64,000 nucleotides of DNA from Chloroflexota bacterium. GTDB taxonomy: Bacteria; Chloroflexota; Limnocylindria; Limnocylindrales; CSP1-4. The position numbers and the translations under genes are program-made. Numbering within the stretch: position 1 is the first letter of the stretch; every line of letters begins with the position of its first letter. Below are positions 56,915 to 64,000 of this stretch, piece by piece. The notes below the pieces were generated by a model. The model had not been told where the DNA came from. It worked only from the letters and a program-made list of their open reading frames with translations, and did no database searches. The DNA is taken from positions 4,780 to 68,779 of the forward strand of contig JANMNF010000024.1 of assembly GCA_031373765.1 (NCBI GenBank), written 5' to 3'.

Positions 56915-57418
56915 TTGCCGCTCACCCGGAACGCGGTCGTCGATCGGGACGGGATCCTCGATCTCATCGATCAGCTCCGGGTCGCCATTCCCGAGGAAGT
57001 TCGCGCTGCCAAGCGCATCAACGCCGAGGGTGAGCGGATCATCGAGAAGGCCGATGACGAGGCGCGCAGCATCACCAGCCGGGCTCAGGAGCAGGCGGCA
57101 TTCCTGATCGGCGAGCGGGGGTTGCTTGAGCGGGCCGAAAACGAGGGGCTGGAAATCATCGCCGAGGCGCGAACGCAGGCCGAGGCGGTCCGGGCAGGCG
57201 CCGACGACTACGCCCTCGGCATGCTCGAGGCGCTCGAACTCGAAGTCGGCAAGGCGTTGGCCGGAGTCCAGAAGGGGATTGCTGTTCTGGATGAGCGACG
57301 GGCCGATCTCGCGGCGGCCGAGATTGGCGCGTCCTTCGAGGACGCTCAGGGCGATGGACTCGACGAGTACGGCGAGGCCGACGCTGATTCTGACGAGGAC
57401 GCACCCACCTACCAGTGA
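56915..57418 (+). CDS. hypothetical coiled-coil protein (position conserved between coaD and yceD)
   Basis: Predicted all-helical, Glu/Ala/Arg-rich coiled coil. The frame stays open back to the coaD stop with no ATG or GTG; the first candidate start is TTG at 56915. Start uncertain. Confidence 0.45.
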   Translation: MPLTRNAVVDRDGILDLIDQLRVAIPEEVRAAKRINAEGERIIEKADDEARSITSRAQEQAAFLIGERGLLERAENEGLEIIAEARTQAEAVRAGADDYALGMLEALELEVGKALAGVQKGIAVLDERRADLAAAEIGASFEDAQGDGLDEYGEADADSDEDAPTYQ

Positions 57419-57972
57419 TGGGCAGTCCTGACCTGAAGGTTCCACTCGCCGCGTTCCTGGCCGAATCCGCTGGTTCGGTCCGGCATCTGGAGATCGACCC
57501 AACAACGATCGCGCTGGACGATGACCTCGTCCTCGGCGGTCCGATCTCGGGCACCCTCGAATTGTCGCGTACGAATCGGGGCATCTTCATTCGCGGCGAT
57601 CTCCAAACGAAATTGTCGATGGACTGCTCGCGCTGCCTTGGGCCGGCTCCCGTGCCGCTCGTCGCGGCCATCCGCGAGGAAATCCTTCCGGCCATCGATC
57701 CGGTCACCGGCCAGGCGGTCGACCCTTCGATCGAAGCCGACGTGATGCGACTCACGGTCCACCACGAGTTGGACCTTGAATCCCTGATGCGCGAGGCGAT
57801 TTCCCTGTCGGCACCCATTGCGCCGCTGTGCCGACCCGACTGTCTCGGGTTGTGTCCCCAATGCGGCGCACGCATGGCCGATGGGCATCCGCCGCACGAC
57901 ATCGACGATATCGACCCGCGGCTGGCCGCACTTCGGGGGTTTCAGGTCGACGCCGACGCCAAGAACGAGTAG
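57415..57972 (+). CDS. yceD: YceD/DUF177 family protein (large ribosomal subunit accumulation)
   Basis: Cys motifs CSRCLGP … CRPDCLGLCPQCG. Conserved position immediately upstream of rpmF. Confidence 0.8.
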   Translation: MMGSPDLKVPLAAFLAESAGSVRHLEIDPTTIALDDDLVLGGPISGTLELSRTNRGIFIRGDLQTKLSMDCSRCLGPAPVPLVAAIREEILPAIDPVTGQAVDPSIEADVMRLTVHHELDLESLMREAISLSAPIAPLCRPDCLGLCPQCGARMADGHPPHDIDDIDPRLAALRGFQVDADAKNE

Positions 57973-58105
57973 ACTCCGCGCTCGGTCCCTCGCCTGTGCG
58001 CCCAGGGCCAGCTGTCCTTCGAACTTGAACATGGCGTCGCGGTGCGCGACGCAGCGGATCCGGCCATCACGCGGTGACGGCCACCGAAAGGAGCAACACG
58101 ACACC

Positions 58106-58306
58106 ATGGGTGTGCCAAAGAGACGTGCCTCTCACGCTCGACAGGGAGACCGTCGCGCGCATCTGGCCATCGAGCTGCCGAGGCTCGAGGAGTGCTCGCA
58201 CTGTCATCAGCCGAAGCAGGGCCATCGCGCCTGCCCGAACTGCGGGTTTTACGGCGGACGACAGGTGCTCGAGCTGAAGACGTCCAAGGACGAGCCCGCG
58301 TCCTGA
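58106..58306 (+). CDS. rpmF: 50S ribosomal protein L32 (zinc-binding C+ form)
   Basis: MGVPKRRASHARQGDRRAH start with a CSHCH…CPNCG zinc motif. AAAGGAG Shine-Dalgarno upstream. Confidence 0.85.
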   Translation: MGVPKRRASHARQGDRRAHLAIELPRLEECSHCHQPKQGHRACPNCGFYGGRQVLELKTSKDEPAS

Positions 58307-58310
58307 TCCG

Positions 58311-59444
58311 GTGACCAACCTCGCCGTCGCGCCGGAGTCGGACGCCACCGGGGTCCGAATCGCCGTGGATGCGATGGGCGGGGACCACGGCCCGGCTGAA
58401 GTCGTTCCCGGCGCCATCGATCACGCGCGTGCCCATCCGGAGGACCATGTCCTTCTCGTTGGCGATGAATCGCGCATTCGGGCCATCGCGGGCGACCTGC
58501 CCGGCAACGTTGCGATCGTCCACGCTTCCCAGGTCATCGAGATGGACGAGCATCCCGCCCGCGCCCTGCGCGAGAAGAAGGATTCATCCGTCCTCGTCGC
58601 CTGTGAGCTCGTGCGCAAGGGTGACGCCGACGCCGTTCTGACCGCCGGCCACACGGGCGCGGCCATGGCGGCTGCCGTCCTTCGAATTGGCCGACTCCCC
58701 GGCGTCGACCGACCGGCGCTCGCCGTTCAGATGATCCGGAAGGGTGCCCCGTTCGTCCTGCTCGATATCGGCGCGAACCCGGACTCGAGTGCCGAGAACC
58801 TCGCGCAGTACGCCCGGATGGGCGCTATCTTCGCGGAGCGAGTCCTGCACATCGAGAACCCGCGCGTCGCGCTCCTGTCCATCGGCGAGGAGAAGGGCAA
58901 AGGCGATCTCCGCATTCAACAGGCGACCGAACTGCTTGACCTGTCCGGGCTCAACTTCGTGGGCAACGTCGAGGGACGCGACCTGACCGGGACGCTGGCC
59001 GACGTCGTCGTGACCGATGCCGTGGCGGGCAACGTGGTCATCAAGTTCTTCGAGGGCCTGTCGACCTTCATCTTCGATCTCTTCCGGGCCGAATTCCGTG
59101 GCTCGCTTCGGGGACGCCTCGCGTACCTGCTGTTCCGGCCCGCGATCGGGCGCATCCGATCGGTCTTCGACTACGAGAAGGCCGGCGGTTCGCCGCTCCT
59201 CGGGGTCCGCGGTTCGGTGATCATCACGCACGGAAGTGCTCGACGCCGGATGATCGGCTTCGGCTGCGGGGTCGCGGCGGACACGGCACGGACCGGCGTT
59301 CCTGACCTCATTGCGGCTGCCCTCCTGGAAGCGGCCGAACGGGCAAAGGTTGCGCGCCCGTCGGCGGATGGCGAAGAGGCCCCGCCGATCACGGCTCGGC
59401 AGGAGACCGCGGCGGAAGCCGAAGAACTGGAGCCAGGCGCATGA
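58311..59444 (+). CDS. plsX: phosphate acyltransferase PlsX
   Basis: RIAVDAMGGDHGP N-terminal signature; about 377 aa. Conserved rpmF-plsX linkage. Confidence 0.85.
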   Translation: MTNLAVAPESDATGVRIAVDAMGGDHGPAEVVPGAIDHARAHPEDHVLLVGDESRIRAIAGDLPGNVAIVHASQVIEMDEHPARALREKKDSSVLVACELVRKGDADAVLTAGHTGAAMAAAVLRIGRLPGVDRPALAVQMIRKGAPFVLLDIGANPDSSAENLAQYARMGAIFAERVLHIENPRVALLSIGEEKGKGDLRIQQATELLDLSGLNFVGNVEGRDLTGTLADVVVTDAVAGNVVIKFFEGLSTFIFDLFRAEFRGSLRGRLAYLLFRPAIGRIRSVFDYEKAGGSPLLGVRGSVIITHGSARRRMIGFGCGVAADTARTGVPDLIAAALLEAAERAKVARPSADGEEAPPITARQETAAEAEELEPGA

Positions 59445-59755
59445 CCGGCCCCACGCTGTCGGTCGGCCGAGGGGTCATCGTCGAAGTGGCGCGTTCCGCT
59501 GCCCTCGAAGTCCCTGGGGTCCTTCGCGTAGCCCGTGCCGGTCCAGCCTGGCGGTCGTTCTTTCTCGGCCCGGCCGTCGCCGTCCGGACCCATGGCGATC
59601 GGGTGGACGTTCGACTGTGGGTCATCGCCCGGCCGGGTGCCCGTCTGGCGGCCGTCGGGGCAGAGACGCGTGCCGCCGTGGCCGGCGCCATCGAGCGCTT
59701 GCTCGGACTCAATCTGGGTTCCGTCACGGTGATCGTCGATGGCATCGGCGGCTGA
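59441..59755 (+). CDS. Asp23/Gls24 family protein (second paralog)
   Basis: 104-aa Asp23-fold protein, translationally coupled to plsX upstream and nusB downstream. Confidence 0.65.
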   Translation: MTGPTLSVGRGVIVEVARSAALEVPGVLRVARAGPAWRSFFLGPAVAVRTHGDRVDVRLWVIARPGARLAAVGAETRAAVAGAIERLLGLNLGSVTVIVDGIGG

Positions 59756-60167
59756 CCGCCTTCGAAGTCGCCGGGCGGCGCGCAGGACCGCGCTGGCCGC
59801 GATCTTCGAGGCTGAATTCGGCCAGCGAACAGCGGTCGCCGTCCTCGAGCGCGACCTCGCCTCATCCGAGGGCGACCCGGAGACCGCGGAGCTTGCTCGG
59901 AAGCTCGTCGATCTGGTCGTCGAGCACCGGGACACCATCGATATCCGAATCGGTGAGGTCGCCCCGCGGTATCCCGTCGTATCGCTCGCCCGGATGGACC
60001 GCGCGCTGCTTCGATGCGCCATTGGTGAGGTGCTACACTCGGCCACGCCAGCCCGGGTGGCGATCGCCGAGTGGGTCGAACTGGCGAGAACCTACAGCGG
60101 AGATCCGATGCGTCGTTTGATGAACGGCGTACTTGGTCAGATCGCACGAGACACCCCCGGCGGCTGA
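59739..60167 (+). CDS. nusB: transcription antitermination factor NusB
   Basis: All-helical ~140-aa NusB fold with ARRTALAAIFEAEF … MRRLMNGVLGQI motifs. Confidence 0.8.
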   Translation: MASAADRLRSRRAARRTALAAIFEAEFGQRTAVAVLERDLASSEGDPETAELARKLVDLVVEHRDTIDIRIGEVAPRYPVVSLARMDRALLRCAIGEVLHSATPARVAIAEWVELARTYSGDPMRRLMNGVLGQIARDTPGG

Positions 60168-60197
60168 CCGCCGGTCCGAAGCCCCAGGAGGACCCAA

Positions 60198-60434
60198 GTG
60201 GCAACAACGTACGAACGACTCAAGAAGCTTGTCGTCGAGCAGCTCGGCGTTGACGAGGAGCAGGTCACTCCCGAAGCGTCCTTCGTCGAGGACCTGAACG
60301 CCGACTCCCTGGATCTCGTGGAGCTCATCATGAGCCTCGAGGAAGAGTTCGGGACCGAGATCTCGGACGAGGATGCGGAGCGGATCCGGACCGTCCAGGA
60401 CGCCGCCGATTACATCGACGAGCGATCCTCCTGA
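60198..60434 (+). CDS. acpP: acyl carrier protein
   Basis: DSLDLVEL phosphopantetheine-attachment motif. AGGAGG Shine-Dalgarno upstream of the GTG start. Confidence 0.9.
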   Translation: MATTYERLKKLVVEQLGVDEEQVTPEASFVEDLNADSLDLVELIMSLEEEFGTEISDEDAERIRTVQDAADYIDERSS

Positions 60435-60481
60435 GGGTTCGCCCTCCCATATCCGGCACTGAGCCAGTAACCCGGGCCCAC

Positions 60482-61291
60482 GTGTTCAACGTGGACCGGA
60501 TCGATGGGTTCATCGCTCGCCTTGAACTGCCAATCCGTGATCGCGAGCTCGTTGCCCAGGCCCTGACGCATGCTTCGTGGCTGCATGAGCATCCCGGTCA
60601 GGCGGTCGGCCACAATGAGCGGCTCGAGTTCCTGGGCGATGCCGTGATCGGCATCGTCATCTCGCAGGAGCTCTATCGGCGCTACCCGACCGACGACGAG
60701 GGACTGCTGTCGTCGCGTCGCGCCGCGATCGTCAGTACGCCCGGACTCGCCCGGATCGCGGAGCGGATCGGGATCGGCGACGCCCTGCGGCTTGGCGAGG
60801 GCGAGGCCTCACGTGGCGGTCGGGCCCGGCCCCTGTTGCTGGCATCCGGGCTCGAGGCGTTGGTCGGCGCTCTCTTCCTCGATGTCGGATGGCAGGCGGC
60901 CGAGCGCTGGTTCGCAACGCATGCGGAACCCGAATTGAGCTCCACGCTCGAGGCGGCTGCGCTCAAGAGCCCCAAGAGCCGGCTCCAGGAGTGGACCCAG
61001 CGTCGAACCGGCGGCCGTCCGGAGTATCGCGTGGTCGAAGCGGCCGGACCTGATCACGACCGAACCTTTCTCATCGAAGTCGTGGTCAACGATGTCGTTG
61101 TCGGATCCGGAAGCGGGCCATCGCGCCGCGTTGCCGAAACCGTGGCCGCCGCGGAGGCGCTGCTTGTCCTGGGCCGCCATGAGCCACCCGTCGAAGCCGA
61201 TCCGGCAGACCTGGCATTCCGATCCTCGGGACAGGCCGCCGGAGACTTGCTCGTAGACATGGCAGGGGCAGAGCGCGGAGAAGTCCCGTGA
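60482..61291 (+). CDS. rnc: ribonuclease III
   Basis: ERLEFLGDAV catalytic signature and a C-terminal dsRBD. Confidence 0.9.
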   Translation: MFNVDRIDGFIARLELPIRDRELVAQALTHASWLHEHPGQAVGHNERLEFLGDAVIGIVISQELYRRYPTDDEGLLSSRRAAIVSTPGLARIAERIGIGDALRLGEGEASRGGRARPLLLASGLEALVGALFLDVGWQAAERWFATHAEPELSSTLEAAALKSPKSRLQEWTQRRTGGRPEYRVVEAAGPDHDRTFLIEVVVNDVVVGSGSGPSRRVAETVAAAEALLVLGRHEPPVEADPADLAFRSSGQAAGDLLVDMAGAERGEVP

Positions 61292-64000
61292 CGGCGCCGG
61301 CACGCCTGCTGTCGGTCCGGCTCCAGGGCTTCAAGTCCTTCGCCGAGCGCACGCTGGTGACGTTCGGTCCCGGGATCAGCGCGGTGGTGGGACCCAACGG
61401 TTCGGGCAAGAGCAACCTCGCGGATGCCCTTCGCTGGGCCCTCGGCGAACAGGGCCGGGCGCTCCGATCCCGAAAGTCCGAGGACGTCATCTGGGCCGGC
61501 TCCGAGCGCCGTTCGGCTGTGGGCATGGCCGACGTGCAGCTCACCCTGGACAACAGCGATTCGATGTTGCCGGTCGACTTCGCCGTCGTCGAGCTTGGGC
61601 GGCGTCTGTATCGCTCCGGTGAAAACGAATACCTTCTGAACCGCCAGCGCGTTCGCCTCCGCGACCTCGTCGATCTGCTGGATTCAGCCCATCTCGCCGA
61701 GAACGCGTTCCTGTTCATCGGACAGGGCATGGTCGATCAGGCCCTGGCCCTGCGGCCCGAGGAGCGACGTCCCCTCTTCGAAGAGGTTGCAGGCGTCCGG
61801 CGTCACGAACGCCGTCGCCGACGGGCCGAGGAACAGCTGACCGAGTCCGAGGCCAATCTCGCCCGGATCGACGACATCATCGCCGAGCTGCGGCCCCAGG
61901 TTCGCCGCCTGGCTGCGCAGGCTGAACAGGCATCGTCACGCCAATCGGCCGGAGACGACCTCCTCGACGCGCTCCTGGCGAGCGCCCATGGCCGGTGGTA
62001 CGACGCGTCGGTACAGATCGCGCGCGCGGCTGACAGCCTCCGTCTTGGGCGTTCGGAGATCGACGGTGCGCTCAGTGAACTCACGGTCCTCGAGACCGCG
62101 TCCGCGGCCGCGGCACTCGCGCTGGACGAGCGGGCTCGCACGGGCGACGAATTGCGTCGAGCGGCGGATGAGGCACGGACGATGCTGACGGCGGTCCAGC
62201 TCGAGGAGGGCCGCCAGCAGGCCGAGCGATCGGCGTTGGCGCGAGACCGTGCTCGCTACGCTCAGGAGCGCGCCGCGGCCGAAGCCGACCTTGCCATCCA
62301 GCGCCGTCGACTCGCGATCCCGATACCAGAGCGGGATCCGGCCCTTGGCCGCGCCCTGGGTGAGGCGGACCACGATCTTGCGGCCGCCCTCGCGGAACTG
62401 GCGCACCTCCAGAGCGCCGATCGCGTTCGGGATGCTGACGAGGCGGCCCTCCGGCGCGCGTCGCAGGCGAGAGCAGCAGAGGCAGAGGGGGCACAGCGGC
62501 GCCTCGCCGACGCGGAGAAGCGGGCGTCCGAAGAGCAGGCCCGGGCGGCCGGCACGGTTGAACGGTTGCGGGAGGCCGAGCATGTCCATGCGGCTGCCGC
62601 GGCCAACCTGGCGACGGCTGCCGCCAATGAGCTGGCCGCGTCGGGACGTCGCGTCGCGGCCGCCGCGACCCTGGAGGCGGCGTCCGCTCTGGCCACGACG
62701 GCGGCCGATCGAGCCAGCGTCTCGGCCTCGGCATTGGGTGGCGCTCGGGCCCGCTTCGAGGCGAGCGCAACGGCCATCGAGGACGATCGAACCTCGGGGT
62801 TTGCGGCCCGGATGCGGGGGCGTGGAGCACGTCGCCTCGACGAGGGAATCGTCGTGGATCCCGGTCTGCGTGCCGCCATCGATGCCGCGCTGGCCGGTGC
62901 TGGACGAGCGTATCTGACGACCCGGGACGGGCTCACCGAACATCAGGAAGAACGCGGCCTGGCGATCGTGGTCGATGGGCTCGACGCACCCGGGTCCGCC
63001 CGTCCCTCGCCCGCGGAGGGGAGTGGGGAAGCGGAACTCCTGAAGCGGGTCGCTGCGATCGGCGGCGGCCAGCTCCGTGATGCCGTGCGGCGCGACACGA
63101 CCGGTGCCGCCCTTCGGCTCCTCGCCCGGGCGGTCTGGGCTCCGACGTTCGAGGTCGCACTGTCGCTCCAGCCCCATCTGCCCGTCGGGTGGGTCGTCGT
63201 GCCCCGGGACGGCTCGGCCGTGATCGGCGAAGTGACCGTTCGGCTGGGTCAGATGGATGGAACACTGGAGCGGCGCGCCCAACACGAGCGCGCCGTGGAT
63301 GAGCATCGTGTCGCCGAAGATGAGGCGACGGCGGCAGCAGCAGCCGGTGCGTCTGCGTCTGCCGAGCAGGGAACCGCTCGCGTCGCGCTGGACGAAGCCC
63401 GGGCCGCGGAAGCCGCCGCCGTGGGAGAACGACGCCGCGCCGAAGAGGCGGAGCGCCTGGCGGCTCGTGGGCTCGAATCGCTGGTCCGGGAAGCAGCCTG
63501 GCTTGCCGCCCAGGTTCAGCGTTTCGTCGAGGATGCCGAGCGTGCGAGGGCCGCCCTGCCGCCTGCCCCTGTCGTTCCGACGCCATCCGCAGACGCGCCC
63601 ACCCGTGAGGCTGTGGCCACCTGGTCCGCACGCGTAGATGAGCTCCGATCCAGACGCGACCGTCTCGCAGAGCAGATGGCCCAACTCGATGCGACACGGC
63701 GGGACGCCGAGCGCGTCCACGCAGCCGCGGAGGCGGCAATTGCGCTCGACGAGTCCCGGATCGTGACCGTCGATCAGGCAAGTTCGGCCATGGTCGACCG
63801 TGATCGCGAACTCGAGGCCGAGATCGATGCGCTGGCCGCTCGTATTGCCCAGGTGGTCGCGAAGGAGGCTGAGGCTCGGGCGTCCGTAGTGGCCCTGACG
63901 GCCGCGGATACCGATGAGCGGGCGCGTCTCAATGCCGCCGAGCGGGCCGCTGCCGCCGCACGCGACCGGCTCCGGGCCGCGGAGGACGCCTCTCGCGCTG
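61288..64000 (+). CDS. smc: chromosome segregation protein SMC (5' partial; runs off window end)
   Basis: The GTG at 61288 overlaps the rnc stop (GTGA). N-terminal Walker A GPNGSGKSN, then a long coiled coil, open to position 64000. Absent from the ORF track because no stop falls in the window. Confidence 0.85.
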   Translation, partial: MTAPARLLSVRLQGFKSFAERTLVTFGPGISAVVGPNGSGKSNLADALRWALGEQGRALRSRKSEDVIWAGSERRSAVGMADVQLTLDNSDSMLPVDFAVVELGRRLYRSGENEYLLNRQRVRLRDLVDLLDSAHLAENAFLFIGQGMVDQALALRPEERRPLFEEVAGVRRHERRRRRAEEQLTESEANLARIDDIIAELRPQVRRLAAQAEQASSRQSAGDDLLDALLASAHGRWYDASVQIARAADSLRLGRSEIDGALSELTVLETASAAAALALDERARTGDELRRAADEARTMLTAVQLEEGRQQAERSALARDRARYAQERAAAEADLAIQRRRLAIPIPERDPALGRALGEADHDLAAALAELAHLQSADRVRDADEAALRRASQARAAEAEGAQRRLADAEKRASEEQARAAGTVERLREAEHVHAAAAANLATAAANELAASGRRVAAAATLEAASALATTAADRASVSASALGGARARFEASATAIEDDRTSGFAARMRGRGARRLDEGIVVDPGLRAAIDAALAGAGRAYLTTRDGLTEHQEERGLAIVVDGLDAPGSARPSPAEGSGEAELLKRVAAIGGGQLRDAVRRDTTGAALRLLARAVWAPTFEVALSLQPHLPVGWVVVPRDGSAVIGEVTVRLGQMDGTLERRAQHERAVDEHRVAEDEATAAAAAGASASAEQGTARVALDEARAAEAAAVGERRRAEEAERLAARGLESLVREAAWLAAQVQRFVEDAERARAALPPAPVVPTPSADAPTREAVATWSARVDELRSRRDRLAEQMAQLDATRRDAERVHAAAEAAIALDESRIVTVDQASSAMVDRDRELEAEIDALAARIAQVVAKEAEARASVVALTAADTDERARLNAAERAAAAARDRLRAAEDASRA

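Noticed and set aside
1-64000. Screen for CRISPR arrays, integrases/transposases, rRNA, tmRNA, RNase P RNA and SRP RNA.
   Set aside because: No spaced direct repeats, no recombinase- or transposase-like ORFs and no rRNA-like stretches were seen. No non-coding gap is large enough for rnpB (the largest gaps are ~220-245 nt, at 18199-18418 and 21874-22117). No SRP domain IV or tmRNA tag-like signatures were found in the short gaps by eye.

Overview
This 64 kb window is high-GC (~68-70%) DNA with Gram-positive-type core gene order (Actinobacteria/Chloroflexi-like). Most of it is housekeeping genes in long co-directional operons, many joined by 4-nt ATGA/GTGA stop/start overlaps. Genes read in order: recJ, a TolB-like propeller, pyrF, tatA, tatC, rapZ, yvcK, whiA, tpiA, gpmI, secG, an orphan family-5 substrate-binding protein, a tRNA cluster (Leu-CAG, Leu-GAG, Val), lemA, htpX, tRNA-Phe, tRNA-Gly, a very large secreted purple-acid-phosphatase-like protein on the minus strand, tRNA-Gln, a lipoprotein, tRNA-Cys, a small lipoprotein, a Ca2+/H+ antiporter, a DoxX/DUF417 protein, tRNA-Leu(TAA), a Kelch-repeat lipoprotein, a hypothetical protein, an orphan pseudo-receiver/CpaE-like ATPase (minus), rpsF, ssb, rpsR, TauE, DUF1634, a CaCA exchanger, ilvE, a processive GT2 synthase with a QxxRW motif, an LCP protein (minus), ileS, lspA, rluD, gmk, priA, an acidic hypothetical protein, def, fmt, an XDH-family Mo subunit, rlmN, rpe with a C-terminal extension, a PAP2 protein, dtd, rpmB (minus), asp23, yloV, recG, rsmD, coaD, a coiled-coil protein, yceD, rpmF, plsX, a second asp23, nusB, acpP, rnc and a partial smc. 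I found no CRISPR array, integrase, transposase or rRNA. The least conserved stretch is the tRNA-dense region at about 13.0-25.9 kb. It carries lineage-specific secreted proteins and lipoproteins, and a decayed copy of the tRNA-Gln 3' half that, together with tRNA-Gln, brackets a single lipoprotein gene, which looks like an integration scar. Other points worth a second look are a lone xanthine-dehydrogenase-family Mo subunit sitting where rsmB normally lies between fmt and rlmN, an Rpe with a ~130-aa unassigned C-terminal extension, a cellulose-synthase-like GT2 convergent with an LCP ligase, and an orphan CpaE/TadZ-like ATPase with a degenerate receiver domain.
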